This document shows, one piece after another, positions 42,776 through 56,845 of a DNA stretch of 64,000 bases. Within the stretch, counting starts at the first letter, position 1. Each line of letters begins with the position of its first letter. Made by a program: the position numbers and the translations under genes. Source of the stretch: the human T2T-CHM13v2.0 reference genome, Homo sapiens; the NCBI RefSeq assembly GCF_009914755.1, contig NC_060927.1. One strand, given 5' to 3'. The notes beneath the pieces were generated by a model. The model saw only the letters and a list, made by a program, of their open reading frames with translations, did no database searches and was not told the origin of the DNA.

Positions 42776-43318
42776 TAAAACATTTTCTTTGGATGATAAG
42801 AATGTTTTCACTGGAAATGTGCTTTGTGAAGCATAAGGGAGTGGCAGAAGCAGATCAGAAGTTGGGAGCCTTGCTCTTGGGTCCTGATGCTGAGGCTAAT
42901 CAGCAGTGTAGCTTTAAACAAACCACTTGCTCTTTCTGAGCAAAAATATTCCATTTGTAAATAAATGGACAGAGTTAGAGTTATTAGGCATTCCCTAAAG
43001 ATCTTTTCCCCTTTTAAAATCTTTCTTTCATTTAATTCTAAGTTTCTGGCTTTATGCACTTTGTGTTTCATGCACACCATAGCTTAGTCATCAGTTATTT
43101 TCATAAAATGTTCTCGCTTCCTCTTTAACCTAGCTGTTTAATTTATTTACATTTTTTCCCCCATTTATATGGTGGTCCCTTGTAAACTGAGGGTAGTTTT
43201 ATTCTCTCTTCATTTTTCTGTATAATTGCCCTTTTTTTTTTTTTTTACTAGAGCTGTGTCTGCCCAAATGCATTGTTTCCTGTATTGTACAATTATCAGT
43301 TATTTAGATTTGCCAGTC

Positions 43319-43911
43319 TGTTAGAAACAAAATGCTTGTTCCTCAGTGCCACAATGAAATAGCACTTGAACATAAATTTAATTTTCTCAGCAAGGCAATT
43401 TTTACTTCTATTGAAGCGTGCGACTTGTGGATGGAGTAATGGTGAGAGCACACCTGGACAGGGGAGGGGCAGGGGTTCTTATTCCTGTTGCAGGTAGCCC
43501 CTACTGCTGTGTCGTTCCCCTATTTCCTGGGGTTCAACTGCATAGTCTGAGCTAATTCCAATTGGCTGTTTTAAAGAGAGCAGACTACGATCCTGAGTGG
43601 CGGGGTGAGTAGTTTGGTGGGAAGGGTGGTTACAGAACAGGTGACTCAGGATGATTTGGGTCAGAGCAAGTGACCAGGGGTGACTCAAGATGGAGCAGGT
43701 AACCAGGGTGACTTAGGTTAAAGCAGGTGACCAGGGGAACAGATCTGAACTACTGATTAGAACTGGCGGGAAAGTTGTTTACTGAAACTAGAGGCAAGGG
43801 GGCCAAAGAGAACCAGGAAGTTAAACTTTAAAATGGAAAATCAAAGAATAAGAGAGCTGAACATATTGACATACTGATTCTTTGAAGAGAAACTTGGAAT
43901 TCGCTATAACA
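43319..43911 (-). mobile_element. Solo LTR, LTR10C-like (HERV-IP10, ERV1)
   Basis: TG...CA termini (tgttag...taaca), 593 bp, flanks agtc/actc; minus strand starts TGTTATAGCGAATTCCAAGTTTCTCTTCAAAGAATCAGTATGTCAATATGTTCAGCTCTCTTATTC; ATTAAA on minus at 43377-43382. Confidence 0.8.
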
Positions 43912-44449
43912 ACTCCTTGGTGAAATTCAGAATAAAGACTGGCAAGCTATTTTTCCCCCAGTATTTTATTTCAGAGCTAAGCTAAGGAACTACAGAAAAA
44001 TAATTGTAAAATTGATGTGTTAAAAAGCTTTGAAAGACAGAACTTTCTCAAATGGGTAATATGAAGGGAGATTATTAGGAAGAATATATGTTATGCTGTA
44101 TGTGAATCTTGATCTTTCTGTGGAATGGTTTTATCCTGGTCTTTTGGAAAGGGTACAGGAAGTGACCCCACCCGATTGGTGGTCTGCTTGAATTACATTC
44201 ATTAATGTAGGCTCCATGCATTGAGTTGCGGATTGTGAACATTTGGAAACCAGTATTTTTTTTCCTCTCTGAATTGCCTTCTGTTTAGACAGGGCTTAAT
44301 AAAACCAGCAGCTAAACCAAGGAAAATACTCCCATTTTTAGAATGGAGGAGCCATACGACTTAATGAATTAAAGCATGTAATGCAGGCCAAGTAATTCAA
44401 ACCCACCCATGGCAGGAAGAGTTCCACAACCTGGTTCCAGCTCCTCTAA

Positions 44450-44814
<365 letters not shown>

Positions 44815-47139
44815 AGCTTCCCCAAATGTAAGGGTTAGGTTTGTTACAGTGCCTGTGAGCTGCTGTCAGGCAAAGCCTGCTTTTCCCCTGCTTCTTTGAG
44901 GTGGATAAATGTTTTGTTCAGTAGTGGAGAGGGCACTAGCTATTGTAGTCCTCTCTGCAGGGCCATGTCCCTGGGGGCATTTGGAGACCAAGTAGACATG
45001 CCCAGGAGCAGCCAACTGCTGGGCCCCACGGCCTTTGTGTTTGTGCAGGAAAAGTTCTTCCTGGGAACACAGGAGACTGGAGGTCACCCCCACCCCTTCC
45101 CAGGTCCCTCCACCCTGCACTTCCTGGACTTGTCAATGGAGGGAGGGTGTGTGACCCAGGCTTGTTGGGGATGTTGTTTGTGGGGCAGCCCCTTGCCTCT
45201 CTCTGCGCCTACCTCACTTCCCATAGCTTTGTGATATAGGCTGTCCTGCCATCTCAGGTCTAGACAAGCAAAATCAAGTTGTATTTTTAAGTTTTTTAGA
45301 TACGAGTATGGTAGAATAACCCTATGTACATACTCTTTGGGGAAGAAAGGCTCGTACATGAACATTTAGAAGATGGATTAGGGAGAAACCTAAACCTGCC
45401 CTCTTGACATATATATGAAGGAATCAGGTTAAAATAATAGTAGTGCCCTTAACTCACAGAAATAGCATTCAAAGGAGTGAAAACAATGGAAAGCATGCTT
45501 GTGGCCTAGGCTGTGGAAGGTGTGGAATGTGAAACTGTCTAATCCAATAACACCCACTAACTTTCCTAGACTAGAGTTGCCAGGCCCCACAACTGCCCCC
45601 AAAGTGTGTGTGGCAGGGATCGGATAGGTGGTAGAAGGATTAGAACTGGATTCTACTCTACCTTGAAGGGATTAATGACAGTCACAGAAGTTTCTGGGAG
45701 GCTGGGACATGGCCTGCTCTCTGATCTAGATTTGATTATAGGAGCCAGTCAGGGGCCCCCATTGTTTGATTCCTTGCCCTAGAGCATCCTGAGAAGGCAG
45801 CTTAGACTTTGGGTTTCAGAAACATGAAAGTCAGTGATGGTACCGACTTCCATGTGTGTCCCAGGCCCTCAGACCTCTGGTGGGGCAGTCCCAGCTTGGG
45901 AAGGCGGAGGCTGGCCTGAAAACAGTGCTTCATGCTGCCTGAAACAGGGGTGCCTTTAAGGGCTTCCCCTTGCTGGCCTTCAGCCTGGGCCAGAAGTGGG
46001 GTATTCTTAGCTCCCAGTGAGGCTGTCACCACCTCGGAAACCCGAGGTCCTGCTCCCAACATAGACCACACCAAGTACAGTTTGGGGAGGAGGCACTGAA
46101 GTTCTCAAATCTCCCATTTTTTGGAGACCTTGTCATAAAGAGACCTTGAGACTGCTTTAAAAGATGAAAGAGTCCCACACAATTCCTATTCATGTCAGAA
46201 ATTTATGAGGCTGAACTGGTGGTGTGTCTTGCACTATAGTTTCATTCAGCTCATGGGGTCTGAATTTCCTTTTTATGTTTCATTTTTTCAAGAGTTACAA
46301 TTGGGTGTTTAGTCTCTAGAGTCAGTGGGATGGATATGCTTTTTGCCAGACTTTTCACATTTAATATGTAACTGTTTGTTTAGGTTGAGACATTTTGATC
46401 CTTTTTGCCGTTGTGCTATTTGATGCAGGATTTATTATTAATTTGTATTATTTCTTGCTATTATGAAATTTGATGCAGGATTTGTTCATTGCTTTGCACT
46501 AGTCTCACTCGCAGCCCTGGTGCAAGATTCTGCAGGGAACAAACAAGTTCCTTTTGTCACTGGACTGCTTTCTGGCAGGTCTAGCAGTTGTCCTTATAAT
46601 AACCGGACAAGGCGGGAGAACTGATTTTATCCTGCATGGAAGAGGAGTAACTCAATTGACATTCTTTGTCATTTAGCAGTCAGTTAATGGCCACTTACTG
46701 GAAAATGTTACTAGGCTCTGTGGTGAGTGTTGTTAGAAACTGAATTACTCTGTATATTTCCCCAGGGCCCTTTTTCCCCTTGCCTGGAGTAGACACTCAG
46801 AACGGCAGGAAGTGGCACTGTGTTGCAATCATAGTTTCATTGTTCCTTTGTATTTTGCATTTCAAAAATAATGATATTGCTTTTAATGGTACCAGAGACT
46901 TGCCAGGAGCCCAGGGGGTGGTACAGGGTCACTGGGGTAGCCCCAGCCTGAGGGTGCCCAGGAGTGGTCTGTGGAAGGTCTCCAGCAATGTCAGCCTCAC
47001 ATGTGATTAATTTGAGTCACTGTGAACATCTCTCCACCTCCTTGACTTTACCCATGAAATGATTTCCAACATCCAGTCACTTTCCTGGGTATTTTTAGTC
47101 ACTCACTTTGCAGAACCTTTGATGGTCTACAGAAGTGAA

Positions 47140-47345
47140 GGAATGGGTTTCTAAGTCCAAGCTGAGGTAGAATCCTGGCATTGCCATTTACTAGAGCTGT
47201 GTGACCTTAGACAATTCACTTAACCTCTCTGAGCCTCAGTATTCTTACCTGTTAACAAGTGGGGATATGGGTTCCCAGGGATGAGGGACCGGTGAAATGA
47301 TATGCCTGGAGACAGCTAACACAATGCCTGGAAAATGCTAAGCAC
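47140..47345 (+). mobile_element. MIR
   Basis: gaatcctggc...ccatttactag.gctgtgtgaccttagacaattcacttaacctctctgagcctcagt. Confidence 0.8.
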
Positions 47346-48039
47346 TTGTCAAAAGTTTCCTACCCCTCTTCCTTGCCAGCTTAAAATTATAACTGCAGCA
47401 GCAGAACGCCCCCATTTGTTGGGTAGCAGTGTTGTGAGCTGAGGGGGTGGAGGAGAAAAGCTTATCTGTTAGTTTTCTTTCCACCTGGAGAGATCTTCCC
47501 CCTTTCCTTCCACACAGCAATAGTGTAACCGAATGCCAGAGCAGTCCCTTCTTCTTGCGGTCCTCTGTGGACGGCTTGTTTCTTTTTGGATGGTAGGAGG
47601 CATCCAAAGCCTCTTTTAGGGAAGGTTGGTCTTCTTCCAGGAGACTCCACACTGGGATGGCCACATCATTCCATTTCTGGGTCACGTTTTCAGCTCCTTG
47701 GGCCTGCAAGGGATCTCTGTCCCTTCTGGAGTAAATGAAATAATTGTCACTAGCCTCCCACTTAATGACTGTGGCTATTGCTCCTCTTTCTCGCACACGA
47801 GGGGAGGAAGTCTGCTGGGGCACTGGGCAGCCTCCCTTCCCGATGGCACCAGAGCCTGGATTTTTGAGGTCTGGTGGATTCCTGAGACTTTCCTTCCTCA
47901 CCCCAGTCTGGACAGCATCCCTGGGCCCAGCCTGCCGCGGCACTCGTGGGAAGTGGCTGGCTGGCTCTGCTGGCTCCACGCACAGCTGGCATACACTGAC
48001 ATGGCTGTGGTTTGCTTCTCTCTCCTTCCTTGCCCCTAG

Positions 48040-48107
48040 AGTATAAGAAGAAGTACGGAGAGGAACACGGCTCCTGCCAGGCTGGGATAGCGGGCTTCTT
48101 CACCGAG
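48040..48107 (+). CDS. ITGA9: ITGA9 exon 5 (68 nt)
   Basis: cttccttgcccctag|AG TAT AAG = (E)YKKKYGEEHGSCQAGIAGFFTE; donor GAG|gtgggt. Confidence 0.96.
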
Positions 48108-48520
48108 GTGGGTGTCTGCTGTCTGGGCATTTCTGTTCTCTTGTGGGTGTTCATTTCCTTGCTTATATGATTTTGGCAACCCTTAGAGGTGGGACTTCTG
48201 GAGTCCCAGATACTTGAGCCTCGAGGGAGCAGATTCTGGTCCTCACACCAGAGGAGGCTATTTCTACCTGCCAGGAGGGCACCAGCTGGCCAGAGACCAC
48301 TGGGCAGAGGAGGTGGGGTGGCTCATCTCGAGGCTACCCCTATTTGATGATTTTTGTAGGAGTCTGCTTGACTCTGAGACCTGGGGAAGGAGTCGATTTG
48401 GGGATGTGTGAGTGAGATGACATTCAGTCAGGTTGTGCCCCATCATTGGCGACTGTGCAGATACATGAAGCGTGTGAGCATCCCCTCCTAGCAGCCTTCT
48501 CTCCTTAGTGGAGAGACTTG

Positions 48521-48790
48521 TTTGTTTTTCGAGACAGAGTCTTGCTATGTCACTCAAGCTGGAGTGCAGTGGCGTGATCTCGGCTCACTGCAATCTCCGC
48601 CTCCTGGGTTCAAGCAATTCTCTTGCCTTAGCCTCCCGGTTATAGGCGCCCACCGCCACACCTGTATTTTTAGTAGAGACGGGGTTTCGCCATGTTGGCC
48701 AGGCTGGTCTTGAACACCTGACCTCAGGTGATCTGCCAGTCTCGGCTTCCCAAAGTGCTGGGATTACAGGCTGAGCCACCACACCCGGCC
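48521..48790 (-). mobile_element. AluS with two small internal deletions
   Basis: Antisense dimer; TSD gagagacttg at 48511-48520 and 48792-48801. Confidence 0.92.
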
Positions 48791-49929
48791 TGAGAGACTT
48801 GGTTTTACACACAACTCTAACCATTCCTTTTCCCAGATTCAGAAGGACAGGACACCTGCATGCTTATGTGCCCGTGTGGTAGTAGCATGACTTTTGGCTG
48901 GTAGTACATTTTTAGGGACTGTTTTCTTGTGTCATTCTTACTTACTGTAAGTTTGCCCTTCGTATCAGTTCCTCCTCTCTCAAACACTTTCATGACTGCC
49001 TGCTGGCACTGTCTATCCATGTGGTTGCTCAGGCCAAAAAAAGAGTACTTTTTACTTCTAATTCATCTGCAGTCCTGTTGTTTTAGCCTCCAAAACACAT
49101 CCCAAATATGACAGCTTTTATTACTATTACAATCACCTCCATTATCACCATCATGCTTCTAGAAAGGCCACCACCATCACCTGGAGGTACACTGGCCCTG
49201 ATTGGTCTTCTTATGTCTATTATGCTTTTTTAAAAATTGTGGTAAAAGATGCATAATATAAAAGTCACCACTTTAAAGTGTGATTCAGTGGCATTAGTGC
49301 ATTCACAGTGTTGTGCACCCATCACCATGGGCTAGGTTAGAACACTTTATCACCCAGCCTGCATCCATTCTGACCTGTGAAGTGTGCTTTCTGCATACTA
49401 GCCCCAGGGTCCTTCAAATGAAACCCATCCTTCTGACTCCGAGGCTTCCCAGTCCATGGAGGATTACAATGTAAAGCTCCTCATCCTGGCCCCTGGACTT
49501 GGCTCCCTGAGGCCACCTCTCTCTTTTCCTCACTCCAGGAGAGCAGAGAGCTGGGGAAGGGCATGGGACATGGGGGGTGGAGGGAGGATGAAGGGTGCTC
49601 TCTGGCTTCCAAAGTGAGGGCCCCTCCTGAGTCAGGAGCAAGACTGCCTACCTTCCTTTCAGAAACTGCTGTTTAAATCCAAAGAGAACATAGACAGTTG
49701 GCAATATAGTGTCTGATCCAGAAAGCAAGAAAGAAAAGGCAGAAAGTCTGAAGTTTTATTTTCACTCTCAAACCAATAAATAGGAGATGCTACCCTCCAA
49801 CCCCCATTCCGCACCCTCAGTGATTCTTACCTCGCTGGAGAATCATTTTTATGACAGTCGACAGAGTTCTATGCCCTGGGAATGGCACCGCCAATCATCC
49901 TAACCATTGAGGCCGAATTTAAAGATTGT

Positions 49930-50300
49930 TCTCTCACCTCACTCTCCTACTTCTAAGCCACCTTGCAAGTCCCACCACCTCCTATGCCCTCAAAACCTCT
50001 AACAATGACATCCATTGCCCTCCACATCCTCTGCCACCCTACAAATCTAAGCCATAGTTGTCTTGCTTCCAACCCACTGCGGAATCCTTCTGCCGTCTTG
50101 CTTCCACCCTTGCCTCTGGACAGACTGGTCCCCATGTAGCAGCCAGAACCACCTTTTACAAACAGGAAAAATATCATGGTGCTCCCTTGCTCAGGACTTT
50201 CTGGTGTCTTCTCATCCTACTTAGAATGAAATGCAAATGCCTTCCCTTGGCCTCCCAGCCTTCATACCTTTCCAGGCTCATCTCCTACCTCACCCACTAC
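49930..50300 (+). mobile_element. L2 fragment
   Basis: gcagccagaac..cttttacaaac..aaaatatcatgg..ctcccttgctcaggacttt...catcctacttagaatgaaatgcaaa. Confidence 0.6.
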
Positions 50301-50384
50301 ATGGTATTTTCAGCTGCTGCTAGGACATGCCGGACTCCCACTGGTGGCATTGCACTGGAGATCCATTCACGTGGCTCCTTGTAC

Positions 50385-51225
50385 ACAAGTGTTTCTTTAG
50401 AAGAGACACTAATGGAGGAACTGCTGGGTCCAAAGGCACTCAGATTTGAATTTTGATACATGTTGGCAAATTGCACTTCAGACATGTTTACCAGTTGACA
50501 CTCCCCTGCATTGCTTCTGTCTCTATCTTCTCTCACTCAGACTTTAAATTTTTGTTATGAAAAAACATCTCGTTTTAATGTCACTTTCCCTGATTATTAA
50601 TGTCATTTAATATCCTTTTAAAATATTGACCATTTGTATTTGTTTTCCTGGAAGTTGCCTGTTTATGTTCTCAGTACATTATTCTGTTTTGTTGTTGTTG
50701 TTGTTTTCCTGGTTTTTAGGAACTTGTTACATATTTTCAACAGTAATCTCTTACCTGATCTATGTGTTGCAAATTTTTTCATCAGCCTTTTTCTTATGTT
50801 TTAAGTTTGCCTATGATGTCTTTATCATCCTGGCAATAAACATGCACATTTGGCCAAATCTATCAGTCTTTTTTTTTTTTCCCTCTAGATTCTAAACTTA
50901 TCTCTTAAGAAGGTTATTCCTTATGTATACTGCAAGTTGGCATGAACAGCTGGGCAGGAGAGTGCCCGGGATCTACAACACATGTCTGGGCTGAACAAAC
51001 TCCCATATTTTATACTTATATTTTCAATATACTTGTATTTTTAATAGCACTTTCATAGGTTGTTTTTAAAAAAGATTTCGATCTTTAATCTTTCTGGAAT
51101 TTGTGTTGTATACATTGTGTGATAGAAACTAACTACATTATTTTTCTAAATATATAGTTGGTTGTTCTGATACTGGTTTGTTAAACAACTTTTCCTCTCC
51201 CCATTGAAATGCCATCCTGCCGTGT
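50385..51225 (-). mobile_element. Old L1 (L1ME-like) fragment
   Basis: ggaactgctgggtccaaagg...ttttgataca...ccctgattattaatg...atattgaccatttgtatt...tatgtgttgcaaatttttt. Confidence 0.65.
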
Positions 51226-54200
51226 GGCGACTTCACTCTCTTCTTCCATCTCAGCAAACATTTAGATTGTGTGACAACTATGGCTGTTGTTCCTCCAACA
51301 GGCCTGTCTAGTATTGTATGACTTGAGTCAATAGGCAGTGGGAACCACTGTAAGTTCACAAGCAGGTGACACACTGGCAGATGGCAGTGTTGAAAGAAAG
51401 GCTATTTGAGCTGGGTTTGCCCAGAACTTTGGGAGTGGAAGGGCCTGAAGGGAGGCCTGGTAGGAGGCCGTGATGTGGTAGGAGGCCGTGAAGCAACAGG
51501 ACAGTGTAGAGGGAGGCTTAAGGAATAAAAATGATTGGGGGAGGCAGAGAATATGAAGGAAATGTCAAGGGGCTGGGTGGCCAGGGAGCTGTGGGGTAGA
51601 GGAAGGAGGGTTTGAGCCAGGCTTCTGGAGAATGGTGGTGCCTCTGGTGAAAAGGGGTTGCCTGAGAAAGAACCCATTGGGAGATATAAACTGCCAAGTC
51701 TGCTTTCAGACACAGGGAGTGTGCGATGTTTTTAGAGGACGTTTGGACTTAGGGACTGGAGTCCTGCCTGGGGCAGAAACTTAGATTTGGCCCTTGCTCA
51801 TGACTCTCTTAGGGGATGAGTGTGCTTAGTGTAGGGCATGGGGGAGACACCTCCCTTTAGATGGGAGGAGAAGCTAGATTGATGGGAGACATCAGAACTC
51901 AACGGAGATGTTGACAGAGAGCCGAGGAGAAAGTGTTCCCAGGAGGGAAGTGTCATTATGTTTGCCGCAGCAGCTGGCAAGTCAGGCATTGGGCTGAGTG
52001 GAGGCAGGGAGTGGTAGGAGGAACCGGCGGGGCAGGAGTGTGGAGGGGAAGTCCAGGTAGCTGTGCAAGCTCAGGGTGACCAGAAGAACAGAAGACCTGC
52101 TGAAATCCAGGCTTTGGGATTTAGAACCTGAGGGAAACATGGGGTGTCAGCATGTGCTGGCTGTGCTCATGGTACAGCAAAGTGGGGACATGGTGGGTGT
52201 ACAGAGTGTCCGGGGAGGGTGGGCAGTGGTGAGTGGGATGGCAGCCCCTCTGGGCGCCACTCTGTCCTCTGACCCCGGCCTGCTGTCTCCTGGCTACTTT
52301 GGACTTTGGCCTCCGCTTCAGTTCCCAGGCTTTTGGCCTCCTTAAACAGGAGGTCTTTGAACTCACTGCCTGCCTTGTTTCTGGAAGTTCAGCTGTTTGT
52401 GGCTGAGCAGGAAATGTGGTTGAAGGGTCCAGGCCAGCGCGACTCCCCTCCTCTGCCCTCTTGCTGACCTCGCCACTTGGGCTTGCCTTTTCTGTGAGCT
52501 GTTGTCCCCTCCCAAGCTGGACATGGATATGTGGCCTTCTGGTCATAGCTATGTTGCCCCAAAATATTTTGGCCTAAGGTGCCTGCTTGACCTACAGGTC
52601 AGTGACCCTGAGCTTAACAAAGCCTTCGGAGCTATGGATACCACCTGAATTTTAGCCTGACATTGAGGATTAGAGAGAATTTCCTGGGAGGTTTATTTAT
52701 TTTTGTAGATGAGGCTAACAGAGGTAGTAGATACTGCTTAGCAGCAAGAGAGGATTTGGACCAGCTGGGCTGGCGTTCACGCCTGCTGTAGAAGCCTAGA
52801 GGCACTTGGGTGGGAGTTTGTTCAGCACGGACTTCTGTTGTAGATCCCGGGCACTCCTGCCCAGCTGCTCATGCCAACTTGCAGTACACAGAGGAAATAT
52901 ATGGCTTCTCCCAGGCCCACCTACATACCCCGGTTCCTCTAGGGGTTCTGCTAATAAATGCATCTTGGGAAAAAGCTGCATTGCTTATTGATGGGATTCC
53001 ACAAATGTGATTTAGGTAGTGGTGGCCTTTGCTTAGAGAAGCTTTCATTTGTGTGTGTGACATTGACACTGGCTGTTCCTGCATGGTGGGGAGCTAAGTA
53101 TTAGTCACTTTTTCCTAGCACTTGTGAACAGCACCAGAAAGGTCACAAGCATCATCCATAGGGAACAGAAAAAACAACTATGAGGGATTTCCAGGAAGGC
53201 ACTGTCCCTCCCTTCAGCCTCAGCCCTGAGGGTCGCAGGCTTGGCCCTGTTTTATGTAGTATGGGCTGAAGGGAGAGGGGTGTGAGCACTGGGGGCGGGG
53301 TGGCGTGGTGCGGTAAAAACAAGAGCTGTTGGTTTTAAAGGTTTTTGAAGACAGGAATTACTTTATCTTACCCTGTTTATAATGTTTGAGAGGGGATGCA
53401 GTGGTATGGTAGGCATACATTTTTCAACTTTTATCCTGGGTTAGTCTAAATCATCAGAAAGCAACATATCCCATCCCTGCCCCCAATGTTCCGAAGAGCC
53501 TTTGCAGGCCTGTGCTGATGCTCAAAGCTTTGGCCTGTGCAAAGCTGCAGGTGGAGAAAGCTCTGCACTGAGGATACATCTGGGGCTGAGGAGGTTGCTC
53601 ATTAGGTTCTTCAGTGCCCTTTGTATTATATTTGGACACTGATTACAAATTCCTTTCCAAGCTCAAGGCCAGGAGAAAAAGTCTCTCCTCTGATGAACTT
53701 ATTTCTGTTTTTTGTACTCTTTCTAGAACTAGCGTGGTCTCTTATGCAGGACAGATGAGTGTAAAAAGAATGAGTGGATGGATGCTCTGCTGTGTTTCCC
53801 AGTGGAGCGTCCTGACTGCAGAAAGCTATCTATTTTTATAAAACAGTGAGATACCCCTGGGAACATCTGGCTTATCATCAACAGCTTCCTTCAAGGGGGG
53901 TAGGATCTCAAAACTTTAAAATGAAGTGCTCATCAACAGTCATTTCTTGTCTACACCCTCCTGAATTATCAAAAAGCAAGCCTTTCCGGCGAGAATCTAG
54001 TGGCTTTTCTTCCATCTGTGTTCCTGCCCTATCCTTTGTTAAGGCTCTTCCCCAAATTAACCATAACACGTATTGTTTAAGGCATTGCCCTCTTGCCTGC
54101 AGGCTCTATCCTCCTCTCTCTATTTTTTTTCTTTAGGTACTTCTGGCTTTTGCAGACACTTGCTCCCTGAGAATTCAGTGGTGACTTTATGAATTGTCCT

Positions 54201-54959
54201 CAGAAATTCTAAATCTCTGCGGCAGGATCTAGCCTCCAGGGACTTGTCAGAGCCAGCAGCTTCTGCCAGTGCGTGGGCTCGTCTCTGCAGAGGGAGATCA
54301 ACCTGAAAAGATCTGTTTCTGAAATATATGTGGGTGACCAAGGGACGGGGTGCAGGGGAATTCTGAAGGCTCAGGGGAAGGTCAGGTGGGTTTCAGCAGT
54401 GAGAGACTTGACCTGCACAGCATCTGTTATCCCCATGAGCCTTCATGACCAGTATCTTTGGAGTTTTGTCTATAGCTGAAAGATTTCCTCTAGAAATTTT
54501 GTTGATTTTAACCTGTTTGCATAGAATTTTTTTCTGAAATACTTTGCACATTACCATGCTGTCTTACCCCAAGAATGATCTACGAAGGGACTTTATTTAT
54601 CTTTATATCTAGTGTGAACTCTGAGATATAATAGTAGGTGCCCAATAAACATTGTTGAGTGAAAAATTACTGATTTCATTAGAAAAATAATTCTGATTAT
54701 TTCTTATTGCAGTGTCGAAACTTTAGAAAATAAAGGTAATCCAAAAGTAGGGATTCCCTGTTGGGGAAAGGAAGGACTGAAAGCCAGGGACCTCTGATGG
54801 ATACAAGCACAGCCTGCCTCCTAGCTCCAGCACAGCCTCTGCACAATGGGAGCTTCGTCTTAATGCTTGTAAAATGTCATCTCATTAGCATGTTTTGTGT
54901 TTTTATGTGATGACTTCCTTGTTAGTGTTTAATCACTGTTCTGGAATTTTAAAAAGTCA

Positions 54960-55260
54960 AGATTATTAATTAAAAAAATTAATACATATAATAAAATACA
55001 CTATTTTAAATGCAGAGTTCGATGAGTTTTGACAAATGTGTATACCATGTCGTCTCTGTCTGAATGAAGATGAGAACATTTCCATCACTTTGGGAAGTTC
55101 CTCATGCCCCTTTGCAGACAGTGTTCCTCCTCTTTACTCCAGGTACCCACTGATCTGACTTCCATCAGTGTGGATTGGTTTTGCTGATTCTAGAACTTCC
55201 TATGAATGGAGTCATTTTTTTCTCATCAACATTTGGTCTAGGATTCACCCATATTTCAAC
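54960..55260 (-). mobile_element. L1ME 3' fragment
   Basis: cagagttcgatgagttttgacaaatgtgtatacc...gaacatttccatcac...aagttcctcatgcccctttgcag...tagaacttcctatgaatgga. Confidence 0.75.
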
Positions 55261-55752
55261 TGAGTTTTGAATACTGCGAAAGGGTTACACAAGCAGAGGA
55301 AGTGTGAGGGCATTGCACAGATGGAGATAAAAAGATCAGAGGGAGTTCCGAAGACCAGAATTAGTTTAGAGTGTCCTAGGCATGCAGTCTGAGGGGGCAG
55401 TGGCAGGAGAAGAGCCTAATGTGGTTGAAATAGTGGACAGTGTTGAATTTTACCTGAGCCCTGTACTCTTGGAAAACAGTGTGGTCTAGAATTTTGAAAA
55501 ATGCAAAGGAAATAAACTTTGGGAGTGAGAGAACAGGGGATGTTGATTGATTTCCATTATCGTATCACCCAGGGGAAAACCCCAGCAGATATCTGTGCTG
55601 ACTTCCTTGGGTGACCAAATCATTTCTGGGAACTTAGGGTTGTTGTCAGCATTGGTGATGGTTCTGGGGCACAAACATGCTCTCAGCCCTGTTGACCATT
55701 TCCCCCTGATCTAAATGCTGAAGACAGCTGTGCCTCTTATGTTCTTGAGTCT

Positions 55753-56053
<301 letters not shown>

Positions 56054-56715
56054 TGAGTCTGTTTTTAACAGTGATACCGTCTATTGCTGCCTTGTGGTCC
56101 CCTCTTCCAGTTTGTGTTTTTCCTTAGTTGACCTTGCTGGTCTCTTGGTTTTGTTCTTCCATGTTTGCAGTGGACTGTAATGATCGGAAAACCATGTTCT
56201 AGAACGTCCCTGAGAGGGTCTTGAGTGTGGTCTGGAGGGGATTCCCTGGAGTACTAGTGCACAGTTTCCTCTCGCTACGCATCAGGTCGGGGGAGTTGAA
56301 TGGTGAGCCTGGAGTCCAGGCAGGGTGCGGTATTGCTTACTGCTTTTCATGAGTGGTGTTCCCCAGAATCTGTGGTTGAGGTCAATGTCAGCTGTTTGTC
56401 ATTTCCTTGTTAGAGCCTGATGTAAAGTTGAGGAAACGTGTGTGGTCTCATCGTGGATAGAATAGGGGCCTGGCCTGTCGTGAATTCTGTCACCTTGCTC
56501 AGTCTCTTCACATCTTTAGTCCTGATAATCCCGTCTGTATAATAGATTCCATAATGCTGATGAATCTGGTGAAATCTGTTTTTGTTGCTTAGCTGGGGAA
56601 AAAAAAGTTCTTGGTGTGAGGAATTTCTCCTTTGTTGTGACTGTGGTTCTCATTGCATTCCCCTCCTCCCCTCCTCACTTCCTTCTCTGCTTACCGTTGG
56701 ATTTCTTTTTGGTAG

Positions 56716-56845
56716 GAGCTGGTGGTGATGGGTGCTCCAGGGTCATTTTATTGGGCTGGAACCATCAAAGTGCTGAACCTTACGGACAACACCTATTTAA
56801 AACTGAACGACGAAGTGATCATGAACAGGCGGTACACCTACCTGG
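56716..56845 (+). CDS. ITGA9: ITGA9 exon 6 (130 nt)
   Basis: ttctttttggtag|GAG CTG = ELVVMGAPGSFYWAGTIKVLNLTDNTYLKLNDEVIMNRRYTYL (NLT sequon at N225); donor TGG|gtgagt. Confidence 0.97.

Noticed and set aside
43855-43880. p53 element expected in some LTR10 subfamilies
   Set aside because: Sequence is GAACATATTGACATACTG; cores are CATA, not CWWG, so no intact p53 site.
47338-47979. 213-aa antisense ORF just upstream of exon 5
   Set aside because: GTG start, no recognisable homology, ends in a MIR; several overlapping frames are open, consistent with chance. PhyloCSF or Ribo-seq could overturn this.
51458-51491. TGGTAGGAGGCCGTGA duplicated with period 18 (similarly AGAATGAGTA x2 near 13885)
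   Set aside because: Simple slippage duplications inside old LINE fragments.
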